NCBI RefSeq assembly: GCF_964355755.1
Contig: NC_092675.1
Span: forward strand, 3,715,812 to 3,779,811
Source: Antedon mediterranea
Taxonomy: Eukaryota; Animalia; Echinodermata
Direction of reading: 5' to 3'
Length of the DNA stretch: 64,000 nucleotides
The number at the start of each line of letters is the position of its first letter. Position 1 is the stretch's first letter. Positions 34,001 through 48,250 of the stretch are shown here, in pieces. The position numbers and the translations under genes were made by a program. A model generated the notes under the pieces. That model was not told the origin of the DNA. It made no database searches and saw only the letters and a list, made by a program, of their open reading frames with translations.

Positions 34001-37000
34001 ATGCATTCAAATACTCATCAACCATGCTGTTATAATCGTTCAGACATAGACATATTTTACTCTGTCTAACTAGTACTGCTTGATGAAAATATAAGTACCT
34101 GCTGTAGGAATGTTGGCATCATCTGCTGCATCTGTTCTTGAAGTTGAGAATTTCCAGCAAACATTGGATTAGACGCTAATACCTAGTGTAGTAGAAAGAA
34201 ATATCTTTTGATTTGAAATTACTGGTAATTTAAACTTTGATTCTTATTTACCTTTAGTCAATCGTCTAGAAATTTATTTACTTCACTATACTGTAGACAC
34301 TCTCATTAAGACAAGGAGACACATATGTTCTAACACTACGGCTAACCCCTATTCAGGGGAAACCTTCTTAAAGGGAAACTTTAGTGCTAACCTGTGAAGC
34401 AAGCTGAGGGTTTTGACTCATGTTTTGCATCATGCTTCTCATGTACGGAGCCTGCATCATGTTCTGCATCAGCTGTGGATTGGCCGACATCTGCTGCATC
34501 ATACTTTGCATTCCAGGACTGTTAAAGATACCTGTAGACAAGGAAATAAATACAGCTGTTAATAATCGAATCAGAGTTGTTAGCCTATGGATCACAGGTG
34601 TTAAATGATGGATCACAGGTGTTAAACTGATGAATCACAAGTGTTAACTGGTTGATGACAAGTGCTATCTGGTGGATCACAGGTGTTAACTGATGGATCA
34701 CAGGTGTTAAATGATGGATCACAGTTGTTAACTGGTTGATGACAAGTGCTATCTGGTGGATCACGGTGTTATCTCTTGGGTCACAGGTGTTAACTGATGG
34801 ATCACAGGTGTTAACTGGTGGATCACATTTGTTAGCCTATGGATGATAAGTGCTATCTCTTGGGTCACAGGTGTTAACTGATGGATCACAGTTGTTAACT
34901 GGTGGATGACAAGTGCTATCTGGTAGATCACCGGTGTTAACTGATGAATCACAGGTGTTAACTGATGAATCAGATTGTTTTAAATAATATAAATATTGTA
35001 TATAGTAATAATGTTATTAATATACAAATGTACTTATATTATTTCCATTTTAATTGGCAAAATAAAATTGAATCTTGAATTGAATCTTGAATCTTAACTG
35101 ATGGATCACATTTGTTAGCTTATGGATCACAGATGCTAACTGACGGATCACATGTGTTATTACTGGTGAATCACAGTTACTAACATGTGGTTAACAGGTG
35201 TTAGCGGGTGAATCAAAGACAGGTGAATCCCAAGTGTTACCACATGTGGATATCATCAAATATGTAATCTCAGATGTTATTACCTGGTCCAGGTTGAACC
35301 CCACTTAAATTAGGTGTTGTGGATGCTGTAGATGTTGTCGTTGACGGTGTACTTGATGCAGTAGTAGTAGTTGTAGCAGTTGATGGTGTTGACCTTGCAC
35401 TGGGTGTACCCCATGGATTAGGTAGAGGTTCTGAGTTTTCCCTACCCTGTTGCGAGGCACTGCCACTAGATGAAGCTTTAAAAAAATACAAATAAAATAC
35501 ATTACATAAACTTTCAATCTTGGATATTAAATATGTGACAAAATGACATTAATGTTAAAATAGTGTTCATTATGGTGTGCATCGGTGACCATTCATCAAA
35601 TACGTCTCTGTGGGCACAGGAATAAAATAACATTTTGCAAAAATAACTGTTACTTACTATTACCACTAAGAGCTGCAAATGGGTTGCCTCCAAGCTGTTC
35701 TTGAGCTGCATTCATCATTGGTTCTTGTATATCTGTATACATTCTCCGTAGGGCATTGTAGCCTCCTGGGATACTCTGCAATCAAACAAATAAACAGTTG
35801 AATATGGGTGATATCCTTTCAAAATATAGCAAAATATATTTAGATGTAAGTAATCATTGGGTATAACTTTATTATTATTTCATGAGCAATTTAATGTTAA
35901 GATTATTTAAATAGATTTCATAATTGATAATGTGACATACTTCTAGATTGCTTAGAGCTCTATCTTGGCTTCTCATCATCTCCTGCATCATAGATGGGTT
36001 ACGTGCTAGTTCCATGGTTTGACGCAGTAACTCTGGGTTATTTAACATGTGGGACAATTCAGGATTCCTCTGTAAAACAAAATCATAGTTATATTATTAT
36101 AATAATAATATCCTGATTTATATAGCGCCTAATGTTGTGAAACCTCTAAGCGCTGAACATTATTACCCCAGTCATTTTTTTGGATCAAACACGCATGGGA
36201 ACATACTCCCATAAGGCAGCTAGTAATCAGCGCAAAGTTGTGTCTTGATCTAACCAGATTCCCATATTATTCATCCAACACACTGCGCCACACGCAGATT
36301 GTGATGTGTCAAAATATGGTATTGATATACCCAAATATGGTTGTAGTTTATTTAAGATTAAGAGTTATTAACGCGTATTACGTAATGATGCATTGTGTTT
36401 ATATGTATCAGATTAAGAACGTACGCTGTTGTTGGTCGTGTGCGCTGTATTTAAACAAGTCAAAATAGTGTTCTCATAGGTGTTATGCATATTATTAGTG
36501 AATGTATTATTAAGTTAATTAGAATGTTATATGTCTGTTTGTTTCAGGTTTTTCATGTAAATAAAGCATTTCTTTACAATACAAAAAGCCAAGAAAACTC
36601 ATTTGTTTTCACAATTCACATTCTCCCACAGTAGTGATATGACATCATCATGTCCATATATGGGCACATCACATTTTTTTGTCACATAAAGTTTGATAGT
36701 GTAGACAGAGCTTTACTAACTTCCATCAATTGTTGCATTTGAGGATTACTCATCAACATTTGTCTTAACATCTCTGGATTCTGCATCATATTCTGTACTA
36801 ATGGATTCTCCATAACCTGTTGCAACATCTCTGGATTATTCAACAGCTAAAAATAACACAAAATATTAAAAGATGTGGTATAACGTTTTCACATTAAACG
36901 CCACGATAGCGCTAGAACCACTCACATCGTCTAGAAACTCCGGAGAGATCCCATTTACATTAAACCCTGCACAACCGAGTTTGCAATAAAAAAAAAAGCT

Positions 37001-40000
37001 TAAATACTGCCCTGTATCCTGCTATGGATGATGAATACAATACAATTGGAGTGAGTGGCCAAGAGGTTAATAATAATAATATTTATTCAGCAAAAGTTCT
37101 TAAAAGTATGTTTTACATTTCATCTTGCCAGGAAAAAGTAATAGGCATGAGCCCAAACAGAAAACTGTTTTGACTCCATCATTATTATAAAATACAAAAA
37201 AAAAACAAAAACTAAGTAGTACAAAATTAAATTAAAAAAATACACCAATTAAGAATAATCTGCATTGAATAAACTTAAAATAATTTAATATTTTGAGATC
37301 AAAGGATTAGTGAGTTGGGCTTTAAAGTTGTAGCACATTGTCTAATTGCATTGTTAAGATAGCGGAACAATAATTATGTAGCCATAACATGGGTAAGGGT
37401 TTGAGGTTTACTCACTCCATGGTTCTGGTGGTAAAACGAGTCTTCTCGGATAAGGACTATAAACCGTAGGTCCAGTGTACACATCTGCCTCATGTGCACT
37501 TTAAAGAACCTAGTACATCTTTCGAGACAAGTAGGGGGTTACCCCAGTGTACTAGTTCACACACATCATGGAGGATTTTTCTATGGTTATATAAATATAC
37601 AAGTGAGTGAGTAGCCGAGAGGTTAAGACAGTGGAACCGTAATACGTTGCCATAACATCGGCAAGGGTTCAAGACTCACACGCACCATGGTTCTGGTCTT
37701 CTGGGATAAACTTTAGGTCCAGTGTACACATCTGCACTCATTTAGAGTCGATTTAATATTTACCTGGCTTTGCATCTGTTGTTGCATTTCCATAAAATTA
37801 GCTGATCCTAGGCCCATTCCTCCAAGGCCACTGAGTCCACCCAGCCCACTTCCAAATGGGTTTTGTTGTGCTTGAATAGGAGGTGGGGCTGCAGTAGTGG
37901 TTGATGATGATGATTGAGAAGATTGTTGTGCATGTTGAGCTGCTTGTTCTTGAGCCTATTAAAAAGGGTAAAAAAACATTTTTTACATTTATACTAACAT
38001 TTTAATTTATTTCATTTTATTTCCACCAAGTAAACTTCTGTAAAATATCTACTTTCAATTGGAGATATAAATAAACGTAACTGATTTTTCAAAACAATAC
38101 ATAAAATATTTTTATTCAGTTTGTTTTTTGTTTGTATGAAGTTTTCTTGTTTTATAACGCACCTTTCCGGAAAAAATTGTTATAGTAACTGTACACCTCA
38201 GTGATATTATTAATCAGGGATTTGAATGTATGGTGTATTTAGCAAGAGATTTTAACACAAATTTGAAATTGCAACCTCAAGTTAAAAAATCATGTTCTAA
38301 TTATTTTTAATACAGATTATTTATCATTGCCAAAACTGATCTGTATGTTAGTATAACATTACTGGTACCAGTTTTTATTCAGGTTAAATGTAACCAAATG
38401 GTACAGTACCAGCATATCATAATAATTTGCAATTACTGATGACCTTCAATGTTACCTCAAAGCTTGGTTCCCACTAGAACGCAACACAAACACGTAAGCG
38501 CAACGCAAGTAATTTTACCAATCATGACGCCATAGATCATCTAAACTGTTGCTTGTGATTGGTCATTACGTAGAGCTACGTCCTTACATTGCGTTCTATT
38601 TGGAACCAACCTTACGAATTTTCATATAAACTATTGTTATTTAAGGGCTATGTCCACAACTCAATACATCTAACTCAACATTTTAGTCTTTATATATATA
38701 TATATATTGTATTGATATTTATTACTGTTATGTGTTTTCCTGTATTTTAAGTGTAATAAGCATCAAGGAAAACAAATTTTATGTTCGCCTTGTTGTGGTC
38801 ATGACCATAAAGTTTTATCTTATCTTATGTAACCATTGGAATTATTCTTATGGTAAATTGAGTGGAGCTGTAGCTTGGTGGTTAACGTGCTTGCCTTCCA
38901 ATCCCAAGGTCCCGGGTTCAATCCTGACCTAGTGCAGGGTTGTAACTCATGACTCTTTCACCTCCACTCCCTAAGCCTCAAATGAGACTTAGTTTAAAAG
39001 CACGATAAATTATTAAATAGTTTATCCATCCTGTAATTGGCGAGTTACTCGCTGTTGGATGAGTATGAATAAAAAAAAAAAAAAAAAAAAAAATTTAAAT
39101 ACAGTATTAGATGTGACACTGGACACGGTAACATAATTTCCTTATACAGTATAATCTAGATACAGAAGGGAAAATAGATTACAATTGACAAATAACCAGG
39201 TTATGTTAGTTGGTTTGAATTTCCCTATAGTCTGAATGTCTACTAAACATAGATAGAGCTTACTTTGTTGGCAGATCTTATGACTAAATGAACTGTTAAT
39301 CCATCCTTGATTCCTGTAAAAACAATGACAAATAAATAAATATAAAGAATATAGCACACCATGATATACAATGGAAAGTACATAATTATATAAACCAGTT
39401 TATGGTTATGACTACATTCCATGTAGAGGACATCTTGAAAACACCTCAACGATTTGATTTTATTCGGTTTCAACATAAGATTACAAGACAATATGAATAC
39501 AAACAATTTACAAGCAAATACATTAAATAAGAAACCAGGATAGCTCATGAAGTTGAAAGAAAAATCAACTTAATTCCAATGGAGTCCAATGGTCTTGGAC
39601 TCTTTAAACTTCTAACCTGAGTCCAATTTTTAAGTATCATGCTCTCTTGCTTCTATATATAAATTTACGTAAGGGCAAAATTCGGTTAAACGCGCGTTAT
39701 TTCTAGAATGTTTACTCGATGGTATATAAAGTTGGTTAGAATCTGGGTTCTGATTTTAACCACCTGATGTATCCCTGTTTACTAATTAAATTTAGTTAGA
39801 TAATTAGTTATTGACAATTAAAACGAATTTAGGTTCACCAATTTGCCCCAAATAGGGGTGTTTTCCGATTTTGGTATACACTGTCTAATGGATGTCCTCT
39901 TGAAAAATACCTGCACACAATAATACGAGGATGCTTCGCATTTTCCTATCTCCTCCTACGATAATTGTTTTTAATAGCTGAAAACCGGTTGAACAGCTCG

Positions 40001-43000
40001 AGTACAGTCATAATGTTGAAGACAGGCTGATTTTCTTTAAAAAATACTATTTTCATAGATTTAATATACGTTTATACAAATGTAATGATTTGCGATTAAT
40101 GGAACATTCCAGTTTATAGGTAAATTTATGAGCCCTTGGTTTAACACAAGAAGGTAAATTTATGGGCCCTTGGAGAATAAACTTAAAACTGAGATATAGT
40201 ATTGCAATACTTTGACAATATTGTAAATACTACATATTAACATATTGGGTAGGCTCTACTGCTGGATATATAAACGCATAATATACAAATAAAAACTTTA
40301 TTACTAACCGTTGCTTCTCAACGTTTGTATTAATTAATAATTATAAAAAATATAAACGTCGTAGTGGTGTATCGTTAAATTTCATTTTAATATATATTTA
40401 TTTATTTATTTTACTATTTCAATCGACTATAACAGGGACAGTTTTAAAAAAGTATTAAATCGTAAATGTTTATTGTGTTTAGTGGCCAGTATATTATTGA
40501 TAGGCCTATAAAACATTTAAAACAATATTTCGTTACTGAGTGGATAAAGAATATATTTAAAAATTGTTCTTCCCATCCTCTTCCCCATCCCTCAACTCTA
40601 ATGTTATATACAAAAAACAAATTGGGTTTGTTTAAAATGAGTTCAAATAAAAAATTTGGACTCATTTTTAAGACAAGTTTCTCCTTCGGAAGTAGGCCTC
40701 ATTCCCAGGGTGCTAATTCTAGTTGACTACATTAATCATCGTGTCTATTTATTCGTTTCTGAAAACGACAATGTATTTATAGTCCAGTTTTTTTACGCTG
40801 AAATTACTGTGTATTCAAGAACCATCTGTGGACACGACCTAGCTAGGCTCGCACTGGCCGATCGCCAAGTCGCCATGGGCGAAAACGTTTCTAGATTGGC
40901 GAAAAATAAAACGGCTACTTTAGCCATTTTGGCGATGACATATGATAAAATAGATAATTAAATAATCATTTTGGCGAAAGCATAAAGTCCAACTAAAAGG
41001 TCCATTTGTCGATCTCCAAGCATTTATTTTGTTCGTTATCACGTTGTTTACTTCAAGCTCCATTTTTCGTCAACTTGTTTCGTTGTACCAGGCGTCTCTT
41101 TGTTATTTCAAAAAGGTGGATAGCAGAAGTAGACTGCACAGCAGAGAGACAGACGTTACACGACACATGGATGATGAAGTCTACAAAAACTATCACGTGT
41201 TGTGCGCTGCACAAACGATCGACTACGTAGCCGACGGTCGGCTAATTACCGGGATTGTCTATTTTTCGATAGGGGTGTACTTTTCAGATTAAAAAGAAAC
41301 ATAGTATCTTCGATGAATGACGTCTTAATCTTATCGAAATCAAAAATGTATGCGTTATGCATTTTAGAGTCTTCCAATTTAATGTAGTTTCATATTTTAG
41401 CCTTAATAAACTTCCTTCGTGCGTCAGTGTAAACAAAACAACATGCGGGAAATGGTAGAGTCTAACGGGGATTTAGCTAAACACACACGTGCATCTGAGC
41501 GGGGCCGGCCGCCGGCTTCTGTGTTGTTGTGTAAATAAATAATAATCGGATAAATTTCTCGCCCTGACAGAAACGCTTCGGCGCAGCCTTGAGGGATGGA
41601 AAGACGTGTACTCTGTGCTTTGGCCTATATTATCTTACGTTTAACAACGATACGAGTGTTCGTTTGCTAGGAATTTTCCTTAATATTTTTAGCATACGAT
41701 ATACCGTTGCGTTGTTGTACATAATTTTGTAGGCCTAGGCCGGCGGTTCTGCACTTTCGCACCTCTTGAGCATACCCAATTTAAAAACATTAACCCGCTG
41801 CGCGACGGTGATTCTGAGTGATTCTAGGACACGATTTTCGCCTGGTACGCCATGGAAGCCGTCACACGCAAACATGACCAGCCAAGCATAAAAAACAAAA
41901 GTAACATAGCGTTCAGGGGATTTCAGAAAACTGTAAAATGTTTCTTATTAAATTGATAACTGTATAAATGCTGTATGATTAAAAACAATTTGATCATGTA
42001 AAAAAAATACAAAAACAAATTTTTTTATAATCATACAGTGATTTAGGCATGTTTCTTTATCTCAATGCCTTACAAAAATGTTCAGGGAACAGTGTATAGA
42101 CCTGTTGACATAGATAAATTGACTAAAATGTTTTTACCACTATATTTCAAACATTTTAAATTTTGGCTATAAACCGATTCATTTGGCTAAATAAAAAAAT
42201 TTGACTTTAGCCATTTTGGCTATAGATAAACTGATTTGACTAAAAAAAATATTTTGACTTTCGCCAAATGGCTAAACAAAAAGAAATGTTAGTGCTACCC
42301 CAGCCTAGATGGTACGCGAGCGAAGCAAGCGTACCATCTAGTTAAAAATAATTTAGTAAATGCCATATTGAAAAAGATAAAAGAAAATACATATCAAAAT
42401 GAATGTGAAATGTATTATCTTAATAAAGATCAGTTATAAAAAATGTTTATACCATGCTTTGCTATTGTATCTGTATCCTTCAAAATTTTTCCAGCAAAAA
42501 TTAAACACAGTTGGTCTACTGAGGTGTTGTTAAATTTCTTGGATACTTCATCTTTGAACTGCAAAAACAAAAAATCAATTAATCAAAATATATATATATT
42601 CATTATGTTATACTCAGATTTGCAAATAGAGAACGGTTCTGATTGCTAATACGGATAGGCTGCCTAGCCAAACTAAATAGCAATACAACTTCTTCAGAAT
42701 TCATAAAAGAAATACCGATTCATTTGTTGAATGATGATGACCGGGTGGTTGTTAAAAATGTTGGCGGCATCATGACTTTTTTTTTGTTGCCCATTATTAC
42801 TAACCTTTGGCTAATAAAGCTAGGCCTAAGCAGTGTTTTTTGTAGGGTAAGAGTTTTACGGTCATGTGAGGACCAATCACAATGGCCATCTGAGTTAGCC
42901 TTTAGCTTTGCAGCCCATATCTGCTGGGTCTTGCAGGGGACAGGCCGCTACGCTACTGCCACACCACAGCCTTCTTGCCTCGTTTTAGTTAGGCCTAGCC

Positions 43001-43171
43001 TAGCCTAGATAGTCATATTGTACATTATGCACATACTATTGATTCGAAATTAACCTAAATAGTTACCTCTTTTACGGTGGCCGTTTCATCAACCTCTACT
43101 GTGTGTTTTTCTTTGGGAGTTTTCACCACAACTTCGATTTTTTTTGTCGCTTCCTCACCTTGATCGGCCAT
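31016..43171 (-). CDS. UBQLN1: Ubiquilin (UBL - STI1 repeats - UBA), about 559 aa, 13 exons
   Basis: Exons 43171-43067, 42558-42453, 39313-39264, 37955-37764, 36846-36721, 36069-35941, 35775-35658, 35475-35284, 34531-34392, 34182-34099, 33820-33705, 31732-31555 and 31159-31016; all GT-AG and phase-consistent. Motifs [59 protein letters not shown] and [29 protein letters not shown]. Confidence 0.95.
32404..33514. mobile_element. hAT-like non-autonomous element with 5-bp TSD (ubiquilin intron 11)
   Basis: TIR CAGGGCTCGATTTA / TAAATCGAGCCCTG. TSD ATAGG at 32399-32403 and 33515-33519. GGCTAG subterminal repeats. Confidence 0.8.
34575..35250. repeat. 21-bp minisatellite (GATGGATCACAGGTGTTAACT-like) in ubiquilin intron 8
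   Basis: Degenerate tandem array in two blocks, about 34575-34975 and 35093-35250. Confidence 0.9.
36095..36290 (-). mobile_element. SINE 3' tail fragment
   Basis: The minus strand ends AGCGCTTAGAG...GGCGCTATATAAAT followed by ATT repeats, a typical L2-type SINE tail. Confidence 0.5.
37048..37740 (+). mobile_element. Two tRNA-headed SINE copies with a Deu/Nin-like core; the first is interrupted at about 37072-37352
   Basis: Heads GAGTGAGT[G/A]GCC.AGAGGTTAA at 37049 and 37605. Core GTCTTCTCGGATAAGGACTATAAACCGTAGGTCC...GCACTTTAAAGAACC. Confidence 0.65.
38862..39092 (+). mobile_element. tRNA-derived SINE with polyA tail
   Basis: A box TAGCTTGGTGG, B box GGTTCAATCC, polyA at about 39072-39093. 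Reverse-complement copies at about 55527-55664 and 55746-55798. Confidence 0.75.
39652..42341 (+). mobile_element. Non-autonomous Helitron-like element in ubiquilin intron 2
   Basis: 5' TCTATATATAAAT. 3' hairpin CTAGATGGTACGC..GCGTACCATCTAG ending CTAG|T. No TSD. Second copy at 14833-18274. Confidence 0.75.
40843..42303. mobile_element. hAT-like element with 5-bp TSD nested in the Helitron
   Basis: Imperfect TIR CTAGGCTCGCACT / AGTGCTACCCCAG. TSD CCTAG at 40838-40842 and 42304-42308. The empty site is present in the other Helitron copy (about 14833-14850, reverse strand). Confidence 0.8.
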
Positions 43172-46100
43172 ATTTAGTTTTCTAGTGTGTTCTATGGTGC
43201 ATTCTGGGAAAATTAGAGTGAGCCCTCAACCTGCCACCAATTAACAAACTTAATTGATTCAAGTACTGGGATAGAACTTTGATACGATCTGTACTTAATT
43301 TGTATGTCCATACTATTTTCATAATGTTCTTAAAATAAAAATAAAATTTACTAAATGTAAACCTCCTCTGTGATTGCAGTGTATGTACATCCAATAAAAC
43401 ATTATCATAACATTATATTACATATCCTAACGTACTAAAATCCATTAAGTCATTGAACTTGAGTGGCAGTTGGGCGGACCTTGTAGAATAAAATGGGGTA
43501 GAAAAAACGAATTGGTGACAGACTTTACGTAGCAGGACGAGGACACGTACGTGCAGGTATAATGGTAAGATGAAGTTATATAATACGGTATCTATATATA
43601 AATTATGGTCAATTCTGACATAGGCGAGCACAATGGAAAAACTTCGGTACAAATATCTGCCTTGGATACCTACCTGATCTATCTCAGATGTACCGTGAAA
43701 TGTAAATTTGATAACATTAGTTTTCACTATTACGATATTGTTCCATATTTCTATCTTAGGAAGATATTATAAAGAGTTTTTTAACAAAATTTATGATTTC
43801 AACAGTAGATTTTCAACTCAATTTCAATTCTTCGCGGTCAAAGTAATTTCCGGGTTCACGATGAGTTCACCTTGCAACAACCTGGTTTCAACTATTTTCT
43901 CTCTTTTATACACAAGGGAGCAGTTAAAATAATAGATTTGACCCTAAAGGTGACTGGAAACAGGCACTTTTCATCAATCAATACAGTGTCCATTTGGAAG
44001 ATGGAAGAAAAAAACCGATAGTAGGACTGGAGCTTAAGTTGGCCATTAGAGTGGCTATAGCCATTTCAGTTTTTTTGTTTATTTTAGGAACGGACCGCGC
44101 GTGTGAAGGTACAGTAGTTAAAAAATAAAATTTATACTGCCAATTAATAAAGATCAAATTAAATATACGCCATAAAGAATCGGAATATATTGTGGGGAAT
44201 AGTATTATAAAATTACAGGGAGATTTGATGATAAGACATTTTGTTTAAAATTGAGTGAAATCCCGATAGCCGAGTTTTATTGAGTAGGCTAAGCTGGCAG
44301 GAATAACTGTAGGCTATCTGTGTCCCGTTAGGACCGAGATGTCTGCCCATGTTGCAAGCCGTAATGTCTTCTTTCTTGGGCCGAAACGGCCCACTCTGTC
44401 ACGGAAGTTAGTTTCAAAAGATGTTTAAATTAAATAATGTATTAATTATTAGGATGGTATTTATTTGAATAAACGCCCCTCCAATAAAACATCACTTTGA
44501 ATAATAATCCCCCCACCCCCAACCCAACTATTTAAACGTCCATCCACATTTATAATAACACAATTTGTAGTAGAATTCATCGCACTGTTATCTACAATTT
44601 ACCAAGCATTGTTATTCTTTTTTACCACTTTTCATATCTATTAGAGGATTTCATTTGATTATAAATGTTACCATATTATAAAAAAACTAACAAATTTAAC
44701 ATATTCCTCGAATAAGCACCTCCCTCAAATAAACTCCACTTCCCCACCTCCGCCCTATAAGGGTCCTACCAAACAATAAACACTATACTTTAAAATGTTA
44801 TTAATCATCTAAGACACTGTGAAACAGAGTAGTTTAGTTTCACACCAAGTTCACATGAAGAACGTTCTATCATGTCCTATTACTAAATATTTAATCACTT
44901 CGGGTTTTAGAATACAATATTTAAATCCCTTCTATGAATTAAGAGGAAACCCGTTAATATTTCTTTATAATGCCGTGGTTAAATTAGGCCTATTGAAGAA
45001 TGTTATTTATACCAATGTTCACACAATTAGGCCTACAAACAGCCCAACATAATACAAGCATGCCAAACAGCTTACATTAATCGCCATGTTCACACCTGTA
45101 ACCAGAGTACCCTGGTAGGTATTCACAGTACCCATCATCCCCATCTGTTCAAGCATGTACCCCCGTTCTCACATTGTGATCACATATATTGGCCAACTCT
45201 AAAAAGAAAATTCATTGATCTATGTTATTGGTGCACTTAGTAACAGAAAAGGTGAAACAGAAATTGTCCGCGGTCACGCCTGTAACATAATCGCTCAGTC
45301 CATCCATCCCCCATCCTGTTTCTCTTCTTTCTTGTATATATCATTTTACAAATGCCACTCTAGGCTTAGGCCTAAGTACACATGTGTATTTTTTTTAATA
45401 GGCTTAGACTAGCAAAAATGTAGCTTTTTTTAAATCTCTTTTGCAGACTGTTTTGTAGGTCTTTATTTTCAAGAGCATATTCAGGCCTAGTTTGGCCGAA
45501 TTGTAGCATATAACCACAAAGCCTATAATTAGACGCCTAATAAATAGTAGCGGGCTATACACATAAAAAAACATAACTTGTTTAATACAGTATTGAAATT
45601 TCATGGCGCATCGCTTACTTGCATACTTTTTCATAGGCGCTAAGTTTTGACGTCTGCGCCAGATTCAGAAATCAGCGTAGTTATCGTGATTATTTTGACC
45701 AATCACAAACTATATTGTTTTGAGGAAAGGAGATAATTTCACTGCAAACAGTGGAAACAGCCTATGTAAATAGAAGAGAAAAATGATTAAACCAAAAATG
45801 AAGGCCTAGGGCCTATTGTTTGTGAAAGCCTACTTTATTATGCATAAAACACGAATGTTTTTAAAGATGTGTTGTTGTGTGAACCTGTAAGAGGCCATAA
45901 AGCTATCATGCTCCTCCACCTTTCATAACCCCAGAGGTTTTAAAGTAACGCTACGTAAGCATAATATGTCTGATTGCAGAGCATAACGTCTTTTTTTCTT
46001 TTGATTTAGTACAAATAATGTTTCTAGTGACACAACCAGCTTATTTATTGCTCGTGTATTCTGTTTTATTCCTATTAAATATCATGTGTTTGTATTGTTT

Positions 46101-47659
46101 ATTTAGGTGACGTTCATGTTAACATAAACCTGCATTCGTTAAACAGTATTTAGTACTATAATTTATTTCAAAATTTATTGTGGAGTGACATGACCTTGAC
46201 CTTACCCTTCTAAATTGAACTACCCCCTTGATGATTGATCATGGATCATTGTGGCATTGTTTGGCAGACTGTTGTCTTTACGCGGGCCATAAACAGACAA
46301 GAAAACATAACCCCCTAGGCAGAGGTAACACACAGAAAGACAGCCAGACAGACAGACGAAAACAAACTTATATGGGTAGAGGTACAAAGAATATTAAAAT
46401 GTGTAAAAGTGAGTGTTTTCCGGTAGTTTTTCTTTATTAAACTGTATAAAGCGTGGTTCCCACTAGAACGTAACGCAAGGACGTACGTAAACGCAACGCA
46501 AGCGTTTTAACCAATGACAAGCGAAGTTATAGACAGTTAGCAATCACAAGCGAATAAGCCATCGCTTGTGATTGGTCAACGCTTAAGAATTAAAATACTA
46601 ATAAACTTAAATTTTAAAACTACTAAAAAATGTGGTTCAGCATAACCACTTAAAAGGGGCGGAAACTTTCCTGGATATGTCAGTGAATGAGGACTCCCCG
46701 GAAAGATTTGCAACGTTTTTGATAAAAACAAATTGAATTGTAGAACGAGCTTCTCCATTTTCTAGATTTTGGCGTTTATTCCTTAAATCTTGAGCTGTTT
46801 GAATGAAATGGGAATACAGTAGATCCATATTTAAGGACACCCATTATTATTAAGGGGACACTTTCAAGAAATATGCGGCCGACCCCCATTCAGAGGACAA
46901 CTCTATTAAGGTGACACTTTGTTGGTGGGTCTTTAAGGTGTTCTTAATAGCGACTCTACTGTAAATCTTATATTCTATTTACATATTATTTATGACTCAT
47001 GGTTCTAACTGTTTATATCAAAGTCTGGATCAACAGATGTAGGCCTTACGTTCATCATATTTAAATTTATAATGCCCTGTTATAGTAACTTGGTGGTACG
47101 CGTTTCGTTGGAGCTTGACTTCAATCTATACCGGGTCATTTCTGAATGAAACAAGCATTGCAGTGTGCTCATGATGTAGGGCGGTGTCACGTATGATTTT
47201 ACAAGTAAAGGTAAAAATAAAATTGCACTATATAATATGAATGTACTGTGGAGATGTCAAATGTATAAATCCCTGGAAATTTGTATAACAAATGTTGACA
47301 TACAGCAAGGCTTGTTTTTATTCATGGACCTACGGTACATTATTAGGCCTATGCCCGGCCTATGTAACCATATAGGCCTAACTATGTCTCTTTTTTGTGC
47401 ATGCTAATGCTTATTGCCGCTTGTCTGACTCTTTTAAAAGCTGAACTATATTCATGTAAGGAGATGAACTACCATGAGTGAGTGCAGAGTTCCCTCTATG
47501 ACAAATATTCATTGGTATAGCGACAACTAATACAGTAACACATTCAATACACTGTAAACAAGTTAATGTTTGTAATTGATAAAGTGTCTAAAGTAGGAGA
47601 AGGGGTACACCCCTAATCAGGAAGATGTTGTGATAGATATCATTCCTTTTAAGTTAATA

Positions 47660-48250
47660 CCCAAATAGTACTTTTTTTAATTGATTTCGTGTACGAAAAA
47701 AAAAATCTTTTCGCGTTTGGAAAATATTTTGTTAATACCATTACCTTAGAAATCCAACAGCGCCGCCTATTTTGTACTTCCGCCGCGATGATTCGAGTGT
47801 GATCTCGTATCGCGACGGAAGTACATTTTTGGAGAGATATTGTACTAATTAAGACCAAAAAGCATTTTAATTAGCTTTAGATCGTTTGCATGATTTTGAT
47901 TATTTAATGGGAGCATCTCTATAAGATGCCTTGCCGGTTGCCTGTTGAAGTTTCATCATGGTATCGTTGCCTTTCTAGCCTAGCTGGCCTAGGTGCTTTA
48001 GCCTAGGTAGGCCTGGTTGTTTGATCGTTTGTTGACATAATTAACACTACAGTAGGCCTACAGTTTATAAAATCCAAATAAATATAATATATAATATTAG
48101 TAAAAAACAAATAAATGTTACTGTTTTGATGTGAATCAAATTCGTGGAATGGTACAAATAATGTCATTCGGTGAATAATGAAAGGTTATATTTCATATGC
48201 CATTTTATTATTGTACCATTCCACTCATAAACATTCATTAATTGTATAAT
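47660..48250 (+). repeat. Partial copy of the element at 59190-60110
   Basis: Shares TTAGCTTTAGATCGTTT, GTTGACATAATTAACAC, AATGGTACAAATAATG..GAAAGGTTATAT and CACTCATAAACATTCATTA in the same order. Confidence 0.7.

Noticed and set aside
34532-34952. ORFs of repeated IHQLTPV, partly in frame with ubiquilin exon 9
   Set aside because: Translation of a 21-bp minisatellite. The frame is broken by indels and a good acceptor exists at 34532-34533.
36300-36583. Possible solo LTR (TG...AATAAA...CA)
   Set aside because: No TSD and no second copy in the window.
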